Part shown: positions 19,910 to 28,710 of the stretch, piece after piece
Numbering within the stretch: position 1 is the stretch's first letter
How the letters are laid out: every line of letters starts with the position of its first letter
NCBI GenBank assembly: GCA_963422375.2
Contig: OY729428.2
Location: 2,016,001 to 2,080,000 of the forward strand
Reading direction: 5' to 3'
Length of the DNA: 64,000 bases
From: Bryobacterales bacterium
GTDB taxonomy: Bacteria > Acidobacteriota > Terriglobia > Bryobacterales > UBA6623
Made by a program: the position numbers and the translations under genes
The notes under the pieces: model-generated
The model's input: only the letters and a program-made list of their open reading frames with translations
Database searches by the model: none
What the model was told of the DNA's origin: nothing

Positions 19910-20725
19910 CTACTTCGGCTTCCACTCCGGCCATGCATCGTCCAGCAAGAGCGCAAGCCGCACGGCCGCCTTCGCTAGCTGATCAACCACGATGTCGTAC
20001 GCCTCGCTGAGCGCCCGCCCCCTCAGCACCGTCTGGGCCGCCGCGCTGTCAACCAGCGGGTAGACGTTCCCGGTGGCGACCTGATGCGTTTCCCACGTCC
20101 ATGACTCGTAGGTCCCCTTCTTCCAGGCCTCGGTGTCCGCTGCCGCGAGGTGCCGCCTGACTCGCTCCAGTACCGCGTCCTCCGAGCCCATGCGCTTGAT
20201 CAGGTCGCCCTCCCACAAGTCGAAAAGCGGCCTCGCGTCGCCTGCGAGGACCACGACGCTGGCCTCCTTGCCGTCACTGGGAGGATAGCCATTCAGCAGC
20301 GGCTGGTGCATGTCGGCCGCCAGGCTGACTAGCATCTTGAAGGCATCTACAATCTCTGGTCTCTCTCGGATCGAGAGGCGCATGATTCCCACGCACTCGC
20401 GCACCTTCGCGGTTACACAGTCCCCGAGGGGGCAATCTCGATCCAAGTCGACCCCGGTCGCGCCGGGCGGAATCGTGATGGAGTGCCAAGCCTCGGTCTC
20501 CGGCCTCTCGCTGACGATATCGTGGCCCCAGGTCGCCACGTCCACCAGCCTCGGGTCTCTTCCGAGCAGGTACGAAACGCGACGCTTCGCGTTGTCGCTG
20601 AGTCGCTCCTCGGCTGCCATCGCCACGATCCGATGGCCTTCGTCGCTCCATCCGAAGAGGGCGGATGCCGATACAACGCTGGTTGCGAGTAGCAGCCAGC
20701 GTTTGCGGGAACGACCAAACCGCAT
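19910..20725 (-). CDS. S1/P1 nuclease-family protein, secreted, degenerate active site
   Basis: Signal peptide, then WSDEGHRIVA, AWHSI, CPLGDCV, ADMHQPL, QLAKAAVRLA. Confidence 0.8.
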   Translation of the reverse strand: MRFGRSRKRWLLLATSVVSASALFGWSDEGHRIVAMAAEERLSDNAKRRVSYLLGRDPRLVDVATWGHDIVSERPETEAWHSITIPPGATGVDLDRDCPLGDCVTAKVRECVGIMRLSIRERPEIVDAFKMLVSLAADMHQPLLNGYPPSDGKEASVVVLAGDARPLFDLWEGDLIKRMGSEDAVLERVRRHLAAADTEAWKKGTYESWTWETHQVATGNVYPLVDSAAAQTVLRGRALSEAYDIVVDQLAKAAVRLALLLDDAWPEWKPK

Positions 20726-20800
20726 CCTAGTAGGATAGTTCCTGCGGGCTCGCGCGTTCGGGGGCAGGTTGGGACTGTGTCCGAGCGTTCCCGGCAAGGC

Positions 20801-21823
20801 ATGACGGCCGGACAGATTGCGGCGCTGGTCGGCGGCGAGCTTGTGGGCGACGCCGGCGTCGCGCTAGATTCGGCGCGCACGCTGGAAAGGGCGCGGGGGG
20901 CGGATCTGGCCTTCTGGGAGCGGAAGCGGCCGGATGGTCGGCTTCCGGAGACGCTAGCCGGTTGCGTGATCGTCGACACTCGCACGAGCGCAGCAGGGCG
21001 CACGCTGATCCGCTGCCAGCATCCCCGCCTGGCCTTCGCCCGCGCCCTTCGCGCGCTGGCACCCCTCGCCGTGCCGGCGGCCGGGGTCGATCCGACAGCG
21101 AGCGTTCACCATGCCGCGAAGCTCGGCCGCGGGACCTTCGTCGGACCGCTGGCCGTCGTGGAGGCGGACGCCGAGGTGGGAGAGTCCTGTATCCTCGCCG
21201 GCCAGACGTTCGTCGGCGGGGGCGCCGTCCTCGGGCGCGAGTGCCGCCTGCATCCGGGAGCGCGCGTCCTCGACAACGCCCGGCTCGGCGACCGCGTGAT
21301 CCTGCACAGCGGAGCGGTCATAGGGGCCGACGGATTCGGCCTGGTGCTTGACGCCGACCATTACGAGAAGTTCCCGCAGGTTGGAGGCGTAGAGATTGGA
21401 GACGACGTCGAGGTCGGTGCCAATTCCTGCGTGGACCGAGGCGCCCTGGACGCCACCCGCATCGGATCCGGCTCCAAGCTCGACAACCTTGTCCATGTCG
21501 GTCACAACTGCCAGATCGGGCGGCACGTGGTCATGGCGGCGCAGGTGGGTTTGTCGGGAAGCGTCGTAGTCGAGGACTACGCCGTCCTCGGCGGCCAGGC
21601 GGGAATCGGTGACCGGGCACGAATCGGCCGGGGAGCCCAGCTGGGCGGCCAAGTCGGGCTGCTGCCGGACAAGACTCTGGCCGCCGGCGGCTCCTACTGG
21701 GGCACGCCCGCCCGGCCACTGCGCAAGCAGCTCGCCAGCCAGGCCCGAGTGAACCGACTGTCCGCGCTCTTCGACGAGGTGAAGCGGCTGCGCGCCCGCA
21801 TCGAGGAGCTCGAAGCGTCATGA
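20801..21823 (+). CDS. lpxD: UDP-3-O-(3-hydroxyacyl)glucosamine N-acyltransferase
   Basis: Hexapeptide repeats, IGADGFG, KFPQVG, VDRGALDAT, KLDNLVHVGHN. Alternative GTG start at 20777. Confidence 0.95.
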   Translation: MTAGQIAALVGGELVGDAGVALDSARTLERARGADLAFWERKRPDGRLPETLAGCVIVDTRTSAAGRTLIRCQHPRLAFARALRALAPLAVPAAGVDPTASVHHAAKLGRGTFVGPLAVVEADAEVGESCILAGQTFVGGGAVLGRECRLHPGARVLDNARLGDRVILHSGAVIGADGFGLVLDADHYEKFPQVGGVEIGDDVEVGANSCVDRGALDATRIGSGSKLDNLVHVGHNCQIGRHVVMAAQVGLSGSVVVEDYAVLGGQAGIGDRARIGRGAQLGGQVGLLPDKTLAAGGSYWGTPARPLRKQLASQARVNRLSALFDEVKRLRARIEELEAS

Positions 21824-22428
21824 GAGCGGTCGTCATCGGCGGGTGCAGCCGCAATGTCGGTAAGACCAGCCTCGCGGTTTCCCTGATCGCCGCCACGAGG
21901 GATCTCGAATGGACGGCGGTTAAGGTGACCCAGTTCGGGCACGGGGTCTGCTCCCGGAGCGGAGGGCCCTGCGGCTGCGAGGTGGCCACTCCGCAGTGCC
22001 CGTACGAGATCTGCCGCGAGGGCGGGCTGGATCCCGGCACGGACACAGCTCGCATGCTGGCCGCAGGCGCTTCGGAAGTGCTGTGGGTGCGAGCGGCGTT
22101 GGGGCAACTGGGCGTGGCGGTCCCGGCTCTCCGCGAGATGCTGCGCGACAAGCGCAGCGTTCTTCTCGAGTCGAACAGCATCGTCGAGCACATGACGCCC
22201 GCCGCATACCTTTCGGTCCTGCAATGCGACGTGGACGATTTGAAGGAAAGCGCCGCCCGACTCGCGCCGCGAGCGGACGCCTTCGTGCTGCCTCCGTCCG
22301 AGCGGGTCGCGCCGACTTGGGACCGATTCGATCCGCGCCTGCTAGGGTCGAGGCGCACTTTTCGGGTCGCGCCGCCGTCCTACTGCACGCCGGAGCTCGT
22401 CGGATTCGTCAGAGACCGGTTGGCGTGA
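21820..22428 (+). CDS. Uncharacterised P-loop (MobB-like) protein, ATGA-coupled to lpxD
   Basis: GGCSRNVGKT Walker A-like motif, Cys cluster, DTARMLAAGA, ESNS. Confidence 0.7.
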   Translation: MRAVVIGGCSRNVGKTSLAVSLIAATRDLEWTAVKVTQFGHGVCSRSGGPCGCEVATPQCPYEICREGGLDPGTDTARMLAAGASEVLWVRAALGQLGVAVPALREMLRDKRSVLLESNSIVEHMTPAAYLSVLQCDVDDLKESAARLAPRADAFVLPPSERVAPTWDRFDPRLLGSRRTFRVAPPSYCTPELVGFVRDRLA

Positions 22429-22471
22429 GACTGGCCGCGGTCACGGAAACGATTCAGAGAGGAAACCGCAG

Positions 22472-23893
22472 GTGCTGACAAAAGCTGCCGTCTTCGGCGC
22501 CCTAATGCTTCTCGGCCCGGCCCACGCGACGGCCCGGCCGAATATCGTGCTCATCCTTGCCGACGACCTCGGCTGGAGCGATGTGAGCTTCCACGGGGGA
22601 GCGATTCCGACTCCCAGCATCGACCGGATCGCGGCCGAGGGGGTCGAACTCGACCGGTTCTACGCGTGCCCCGTGTGCTCGCCCACCAGGGCGGGCCTGA
22701 TGACCGGGCGCTATCCGATTCGGTTCGGGATGCAGCGCGCCGTGTGCCGGCCGTTTCTCGAAGCGGGCGTGCCGGCCTCCGAGGAGACGCTTCCCGAAAT
22801 GCTGGGCCGGGCAGGGTACCGGCACCGCGGAATCGCGGGCAAGTGGCACATCGGCCACGCATTTCGCCGGTTCCACCCGCTGAACCAAGGGTTCCTGTCA
22901 TTCGTGGGCCACTTCAACGGCAACATCGACTATTTCACCCACCACCGGGAGGGCGAGCTCGACTGGCACAGGGGCTTCGAGCCGAACTACGACCAAGGCT
23001 ACTCCACCGACCTGATCGCGGAGGAAGCCGTCCGCTTCATCGAAGGGCATGCGGGCGACGCCCCGTTCTTCCTATACGTGCCGTTCAACTCTCCGCACAC
23101 GCCCCTGCAGGTTCCCGACCGCTGGCTCGAGCCTTTCGCCGGCGTGGAAGACGGCAAGAGGCGGGTCTACATGGCGATGGTGGCGTCGCTGGACGACGCA
23201 GTCGGCCGGATCCTCGCTGCGCTCCGTCGCAGCGGTGTCGACGATGACACGCTCGTGTGGTTTGCCAGCGACAACGGAGGGCAGGCGCTCGCGGACAACG
23301 CGCCGCTGAGGGCGGGCAAGGGAACGGTCTACGAAGGGGGCACGCGCGTCGCGGCGGCCTTGCGCTGGCCGGGCGGGCTGCCGGGGGACGGCCGCAAGGT
23401 GACGGGCTTGATCAGCTACATTGACGTCTGGCCGACGCTGCGACGCGTCGCGGGCCTCGGCGCGGGCAACGGGCCCGGGGAGCCCTTGGACGGCGAGGAC
23501 ATGCTCGACGTCATCGCGGGGAGGCGGGAAGCCGGGAAACGGCAGTTCTTCTCCTACTACGAGCGCTACGGCGACGAGCAACTGGCTGTGATCGACGGCG
23601 ACTGGAAGCTCGTGAGGCGGGGCCCGCCGATTCTCGGACCGAATCCGGCCGACGCTCCGCCGCCCGGGCATCAACCCAGGCCTGCCGGCTCCGAGAGGGT
23701 GGAGCTGTTCAATCTCGCGGACGATCCCTTGGAGAGCGCGGATCTAGCGCGGCGCGAAACGGCGCGCGTTCAAGCGATGATTGCGATGTTGCGGGATTTC
23801 CGCGCGCTGCGAGAGGACGGAGGGGTGCCTCCGATGACGGCACCGACGCCCCCCGGCTGGAAGGCGCCGCCTGAGTGGCGGATGGCGAGATGA
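22472..23893 (+). CDS. Arylsulfatase (arylsulfatase B-like)
   Basis: PNIVLILADDLG, CSPTRAGLMTGRY, GKWHIG, SDNGG, KGTVYEGG. Confidence 0.92.
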   Translation: MLTKAAVFGALMLLGPAHATARPNIVLILADDLGWSDVSFHGGAIPTPSIDRIAAEGVELDRFYACPVCSPTRAGLMTGRYPIRFGMQRAVCRPFLEAGVPASEETLPEMLGRAGYRHRGIAGKWHIGHAFRRFHPLNQGFLSFVGHFNGNIDYFTHHREGELDWHRGFEPNYDQGYSTDLIAEEAVRFIEGHAGDAPFFLYVPFNSPHTPLQVPDRWLEPFAGVEDGKRRVYMAMVASLDDAVGRILAALRRSGVDDDTLVWFASDNGGQALADNAPLRAGKGTVYEGGTRVAAALRWPGGLPGDGRKVTGLISYIDVWPTLRRVAGLGAGNGPGEPLDGEDMLDVIAGRREAGKRQFFSYYERYGDEQLAVIDGDWKLVRRGPPILGPNPADAPPPGHQPRPAGSERVELFNLADDPLESADLARRETARVQAMIAMLRDFRALREDGGVPPMTAPTPPGWKAPPEWRMAR

Positions 23894-23934
23894 GGCAGGA
23901 TTCCGCCCGGACGTGAAATTTGTGCTGCGTCCGC

Positions 23935-23963
23935 TTGACAGGCCCGCCGGTGCATGCTAGCAT
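23935..23963 (+). promoter_or_regulatory. Sigma70 promoter of the tRNA gene
   Basis: TTGACA (23935-23940), a 17-bp spacer ending in TGC, TAGCAT (23958-23963); the tRNA begins 5 nt later. Confidence 0.75.
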
Positions 23964-23968
23964 TCAAG

Positions 23969-24045
<77 letters not shown>

Positions 24046-24166
24046 ATCCCTGTTCCCGTCGGCCGTCGAATGCGAGCACTGGATTGAGCTAGGCCAGCCC
24101 CGCCGTCGCTAATGGGGCAATGCGTGAGTTGCGCCCCTGTCTCGGGCACCGCTCCAAGGAGATCAG

Positions 24167-24763
24167 ATGCCCGTTCGGACTGTCGAGATCGATTCGAGTA
24201 CGTACGAGCGACTTGTGTGGCACGCCCGCCCGTTCGTCGATTCCCCGAATTCGGTCATCAAGCGGGCACTTGACGCCTTGGACAAGGCGGAGGGCAACGC
24301 GCTGCCCCAGGATTCTCCAGCGGCGGCGAAGAAGTCAGGCCAGTCGCCGGTCGCCTCCCCTCGCGCTGCCAAGCCAGTGGATCCTGACCGGCCCGGCAAG
24401 CTGGCGTTCACGACAATCCGGAGCGTCACGATCGAAGGCGAGTCGGTGGCTGAGCCCAGCTGGACCAAGCTGGTTGAATCGCTGCTCGTCAGGGGCCTCG
24501 CGCACGTCCATGGCAGCTTGGTGGACCTCAACGCACTGGTCGGCATGGAGCTGACCGAAGGGGATACACCGAACAAGAAGACCAGAAAGATTCCGGGGTC
24601 GGACATAAACTATCGAACCGGCCTAGGTGCGAACAATTCGCTCCGCACCATTGCGAGAGTCGCACGTGGTTTGGGCGTGCCGGTCGACATTCGGATCGAG
24701 TGGGAAGACACCCCGGGGGCGGCGCGACCCAGGGAGGTCGGTCTCATCAAGATTCGCCCGTGA
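24167..24763 (+). CDS. Hypothetical protein resembling the so-called SepA family (ribbon-helix-helix-like N-terminus)
   Basis: TVEIDSSTYERLVWHARPFVDSPNSVIKRALD N-terminus; clear aaggag RBS; 198 aa. Confidence 0.55.
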   Translation: MPVRTVEIDSSTYERLVWHARPFVDSPNSVIKRALDALDKAEGNALPQDSPAAAKKSGQSPVASPRAAKPVDPDRPGKLAFTTIRSVTIEGESVAEPSWTKLVESLLVRGLAHVHGSLVDLNALVGMELTEGDTPNKKTRKIPGSDINYRTGLGANNSLRTIARVARGLGVPVDIRIEWEDTPGAARPREVGLIKIRP

Positions 24764-24764
24764 G

Positions 24765-24783
24765 CCGCCCGCGCGGCGGGCGG
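24765..24783 (+). terminator. GC-rich hairpin directly after the stop codon
   Basis: ccgcccgc-gcg-gcgggcgg, 8-bp stem; no U tract. Confidence 0.35.
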
Positions 24784-25166
24784 ACGGTCCGCAAGACCGG
24801 CGGTGCTTGGTTGCTACGCCTGCGCGGCAGCGCCATGGGACGAGTTGCACGACCCGGTTCATCAGATCTCGGACAATGGGTCGATCGCGCGCGATGCGGG
24901 ACGCAACTAGCCCGGACCGGGTGAAGCTGTCGGCGGATGGTTTCCTCCGAAGGTGCCGGGCTGAATTCCCGCCAGCCCCGCCAAACTGCACGCGACCTGC
25001 TGCGAGCAACACGCCTGACGTGGCCGGAAACCCGGTCGCAGTCCAACTCGTCGCGACTCGGAACGCGGCGACTCCAAGCTAGGTGTCTTGGCATTCGATC
25101 CAAGTCGGCGTTTGACGGGGAGCGCCAAGCACTCTCGGCGCGCGGGCCGTTCGCGGATTTGCCGGA

Positions 25167-25441
25167 CTAGACGCCTCCAGTGCGACGCTCGACCCGTATC
25201 GTCTTGACGCGGGCCGTGCGGTCGCGAATGGTCCTCAGGCTGGATTTGGGCAAGCCGAGGTACCTCGCCAGAGACCGCAGAACCGCGCGATTGGCCCTGT
25301 CGTCTTGCGGCGCCGCGGTGACGCGCACGTGGAATCCCTCCGAGCCGTCGGGGAAGATTGCAGCCTCGACGCTGTTACGACCAGCCTTGGGCGAGACTCG
25401 TACACGGACGATTCGCGGCTGGCGAGACCAACGTTCGACAT
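25167..25441 (-). pseudogene. DUF167 (YggU-like) gene without an in-frame start codon
   Basis: Manual translation IVRVRVSPKAGRNSV...HVRVTAAPQDDRANRAVLRSLARYLGLPKSSL...TARVKTIRV-stop. The ATG at 25441 is out of frame. Confidence 0.7.
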
Positions 25442-25532
25442 TGCGTGCCTGTGCCGAGTCGTGCCGAAGCAGCCACTCGCCGGGCCGTCGGCGAGGCGGC
25501 GCCCCTTCCCCACGCCGACGCAGCGGCCGCCC

Positions 25533-26585
25533 CTAGGCCTCCTCGCCGGCGGCGAGTCTCGACCAGACCTGCCGGGCCGTGATCCTAACGGTGTTGTTGC
25601 TGCTTGAGAGCCTCGGGAAGATCGCGGCCGCTGCCTCGGCTGACGCAATCTTGCCGAGGCCGAGCATCGCTGCGCACTGGAGGTGCTCCGCGTCGCGTGC
25701 CAGCGCATCGAGGTAGATCTCCATCGCTTCGTCCGCGTTGCCTGCCTGGAGCTGGCCGTCCGCGAAGCGGAGCAGGCTGTCGCCAAACTCGATCCGCTGC
25801 CATTCGCTCAGACCGTCGAGAGCCGGGTACGGGACCTTGGAGCCGTCCGAGAGGCCGATCCGCGCCCACGCCTTCATGCCCGCAATCGCGATGTCGGGAT
25901 CGGCCGATCCCATTGCCTCGATGCAGGCTCCGACGGCCTCCTCGGCCATCCTGTGGCCGAGCGCGGCAAGAATGCGCGGCTTGAAGTCGTCGGAGACGCT
26001 AGGCAGCGCCTTCAGCAGCGCTTCCTCGGCTGCCTTGCCCGGAATGCGCTCTAGGCAAAAGGCCGCTTCTTCCCGCAGATGGGGATCGTGGATAAACGCC
26101 GCGACCCTGTCGACGTCGTCTGTCGTCGCGATCAAGGACAGATGTCGCAGGGCCGTTGCCCTCTCGGTCCCATGCCGCTTGCTCTCTTCGAGCACGACAA
26201 GGAAATGCATCACTACGAGCTGGCGGCGGTCCATCCGCCCCGGGTCGTCTGGACGGCCGATGTTCGCGCCGAAGCTGCGCGGGTCGATCGTCTTCCCCAC
26301 CGAATGCACGAAGTTCTTGAGTGCTTCCTCGGCTGCCTTGCGCACGTTGAGCTTTTTCGACACCAGCAGCTCGCAGAGGGCCGGGATGACGCCGGGGTCG
26401 ACGTCCGCGACGTTCGACCAAGCGGCGTAATTCGCGTTCTCGTCGTCGCTGCGGATGCCGGCGAGAAACTTGTCTTCGGCCTCCGCCGCGGATACGGCCT
26501 GCGAAGAGGCGACCGCGACCGCGGCTGCCGCGGCGACCGCGCCTGTGTGGCCGGACGGGGACGAAATCTCTTGAGGGTCGGTCAT
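25533..26585 (-). CDS. HEAT-repeat protein
   Basis: Repeated helices (LREEAAFCLERIPG, RILAALG, AAMLGLGKI, VRITARQ); lies downstream of the Gfo gene on the same strand. Confidence 0.75.
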   Translation of the reverse strand: MTDPQEISSPSGHTGAVAAAAAVAVASSQAVSAAEAEDKFLAGIRSDDENANYAAWSNVADVDPGVIPALCELLVSKKLNVRKAAEEALKNFVHSVGKTIDPRSFGANIGRPDDPGRMDRRQLVVMHFLVVLEESKRHGTERATALRHLSLIATTDDVDRVAAFIHDPHLREEAAFCLERIPGKAAEEALLKALPSVSDDFKPRILAALGHRMAEEAVGACIEAMGSADPDIAIAGMKAWARIGLSDGSKVPYPALDGLSEWQRIEFGDSLLRFADGQLQAGNADEAMEIYLDALARDAEHLQCAAMLGLGKIASAEAAAAIFPRLSSSNNTVRITARQVWSRLAAGEEA

Positions 26586-26649
26586 GGCTTGTTGCTCTCT
26601 CTGGTTGCTACCCGCGTGTCGTACTGCCTTGCCCGTTGCCCGCGACGCC

Positions 26650-27996
26650 TTACAGATGCCAAGGGCCCCGCCCCGGGCGGCTGAGCATGCGGTTGGCCTC
26701 CTGGTCGTTGCGAACGCGCTCGTTCACCGGATCCCAGTCGAGCTTGCGTTGGAGCCGGTACGAGATGTTGCCGAGTATGCACAGGATGGAGACCCGGTGT
26801 GCCGACTCGATGTCCATAATCGGCAGCTCCCGCGTGCGGATGCAGTCCTCGAAGTTCTCGCCGTGGCCGGGGCTCTGGAAGACCTCCACGCCGCCGTACG
26901 GCATTTCGTAGTCCTTGGCCACTTGGTCGGTGTCGGTGGTGTTGCGATCGCCGTAGGTGACCGTGATATGCCCTTGGTCGCCCCAGTAGACCGCCCCGTA
27001 CTGGGCGTCGAGCTCCTTGGACGGCTCCCCTGGCTGCGCCCATATCAGCGTCCAGTCCGGATCCTTAAACTCGTAGGTCACGGTCATGCTCTGCGGGGTG
27101 TCGTAGATTCCGCCGGGGTGGTGTGGCTCGCCGGTCGCATCCACGCTGACGGGGCCGGTGCGGTCCGCGTTCATGACCCATTGCGCCACGCTCATCACGT
27201 GCGCACCGCGGTCGCGGATCTGGCCGCCGCCGAAGTCGAGCATCCAGCGGAAGCTGCCGTGCGTGCGGGTGGAGTTGTACGGGACCTCGCGGGCAGGCCC
27301 GATCCAGGCGTCGTAGTCCAGCCGTGACGGCGGCTCCGAGTCCGGCGTCCAATCGCCGGGCGGGTTCTCGTAGTGCCAGCACCTCACTTCGCGAACCGTG
27401 CCGATCTGGTCGTTGTTGACGTACTTCTTCGCGTGGTAGGCGGCTTCCTGCGAGCGCCCCTGGGATCCGACTTGCACGACGCGGCCGTAGCGTTCCGCGG
27501 CCGTCACCATCGCTCGGCCCTCCTCCACGGTCTTGGCCGCGGGCTTCTCGACGTAGACGTCCTTGCCCGCCTGGCACGCCATGATCGTCATCAGCGCATG
27601 CCAGTGGTCCGGGGACGCGATGAAGACCGCGTCGATGTCCTTGACCTCGAGCAGCCTCCGGAAGTCCTTGAAGAGGCGCGGCTTGCCGCCGACCATCGTG
27701 GCGGACATATCCAAGCGGCTGGAATCCACGTCGCACAGGGCCGTGGAGAGCGCCGGGCGCATGTAGCGGTCGCCCGTCCCGCCTAGGTTCTCCCAGGGCT
27801 GGACCTTCTGGTCGACGCGCGCGAGCGGCCGCAGGAAGCGGCGGCCGCGGCCTCCCAGGCCGATGTGCCCGAAGTTCAGGCGGTCGCTGGGGGCCGGGCT
27901 TGCGAGCACCGACGCCGGGACGATCGTGAAGCCGAGGCCGGCGGAAGCCGCCCCCGAGAGAAAGGTTCTGCGTGAGACGCTGTCGTTGTTCTCCAT
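26650..27996 (-). CDS. Gfo/Idh/MocA oxidoreductase, Tat substrate
   Basis: SRRTFL leader, IGLGGRG, SPDHWH, DVYVEKP, QVGSQGRS. Confidence 0.92.
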   Translation of the reverse strand: MENNDSVSRRTFLSGAASAGLGFTIVPASVLASPAPSDRLNFGHIGLGGRGRRFLRPLARVDQKVQPWENLGGTGDRYMRPALSTALCDVDSSRLDMSATMVGGKPRLFKDFRRLLEVKDIDAVFIASPDHWHALMTIMACQAGKDVYVEKPAAKTVEEGRAMVTAAERYGRVVQVGSQGRSQEAAYHAKKYVNNDQIGTVREVRCWHYENPPGDWTPDSEPPSRLDYDAWIGPAREVPYNSTRTHGSFRWMLDFGGGQIRDRGAHVMSVAQWVMNADRTGPVSVDATGEPHHPGGIYDTPQSMTVTYEFKDPDWTLIWAQPGEPSKELDAQYGAVYWGDQGHITVTYGDRNTTDTDQVAKDYEMPYGGVEVFQSPGHGENFEDCIRTRELPIMDIESAHRVSILCILGNISYRLQRKLDWDPVNERVRNDQEANRMLSRPGRGPWHL

Positions 27997-28167
27997 TCGT
28001 GCCTCGACTGCCTGCGTACGGCCTCGGCCTGCGCGAACCGCCAAGGGCGGCTCGCACGATTGGGGCCAAGCGCAGGGATCTTGTAGATCATAGCGCAAGG
28101 CCCGGAGGACGGGCCGGATGCGGCGCGCCGGCGCGTGACCCGCCACGATTCTGTTATCGTCCGGCAC

Positions 28168-28602
28168 ATGGTCGCCGCCCCTACGCATGATGACGTCAAC
28201 CTGATCCTCAAGCTCTACGACCTGCGTCGAGAGAGCCGCATGCGCGAGGCGCGCGCCTGGTTCGACGAGCACTGCAGCTTCCGCACGCTGAAGGAACTCG
28301 AGGACGCCTGTCCGATGGGAAGCGACGCCAGTCAGTTCTTCTGGCAGGTCGTCACCTACTGGGACATGGTTGCGTCGTTCCTGAAGGTCGGCAACCTCCA
28401 TCGGGACCTGTTCCTCGAGAACCACGGCGAGATGGTATTCGTCTGGCTGCGCATCGCGAACGTGATCCCTGAAATGAGGGAGAAGTGGAAAAACCCCATG
28501 CTGCTGGAGAATCTGGAAGCTGCCGCGGCGGCCTACGAGGAGTGGGCTAGCGCGAGAGCTCCCGAGGCATGGGAGGCGATGAAAGGGTTCGTCGCGCCTT
28601 AG
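28168..28602 (+). CDS. Small acidobacterial helical protein (DUF4760-like)
   Basis: DVNLILKLYDLRRESRMREARAWF...YWDMVASF motif. Confidence 0.7.
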   Translation: MVAAPTHDDVNLILKLYDLRRESRMREARAWFDEHCSFRTLKELEDACPMGSDASQFFWQVVTYWDMVASFLKVGNLHRDLFLENHGEMVFVWLRIANVIPEMREKWKNPMLLENLEAAAAAYEEWASARAPEAWEAMKGFVAP

Positions 28603-28710
28603 TCGAACAGGCTGGCGCCGGGTCGGGCAGGGCCGGCTTCGGACCCTGCTATGATGCGCTCCCAGGTCGATCCGGGCAGCGCCCGGGCGGTCTTGGGAGG
28701 TGTTACGGGC

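Noticed and set aside
19678..19956. 92-aa ORF between the nuclease-like gene and the CoA transferase
   Set aside because: Low-complexity Arg/Gly/Pro translation overlapping the upstream gene; likely spurious.
24960..24990. Possible attR copy of the tRNA 3' end (gaattcccgccagccccgccaa)
   Set aside because: Too divergent from ttcaaatccctcccccgcaacca, and no integrase is present.
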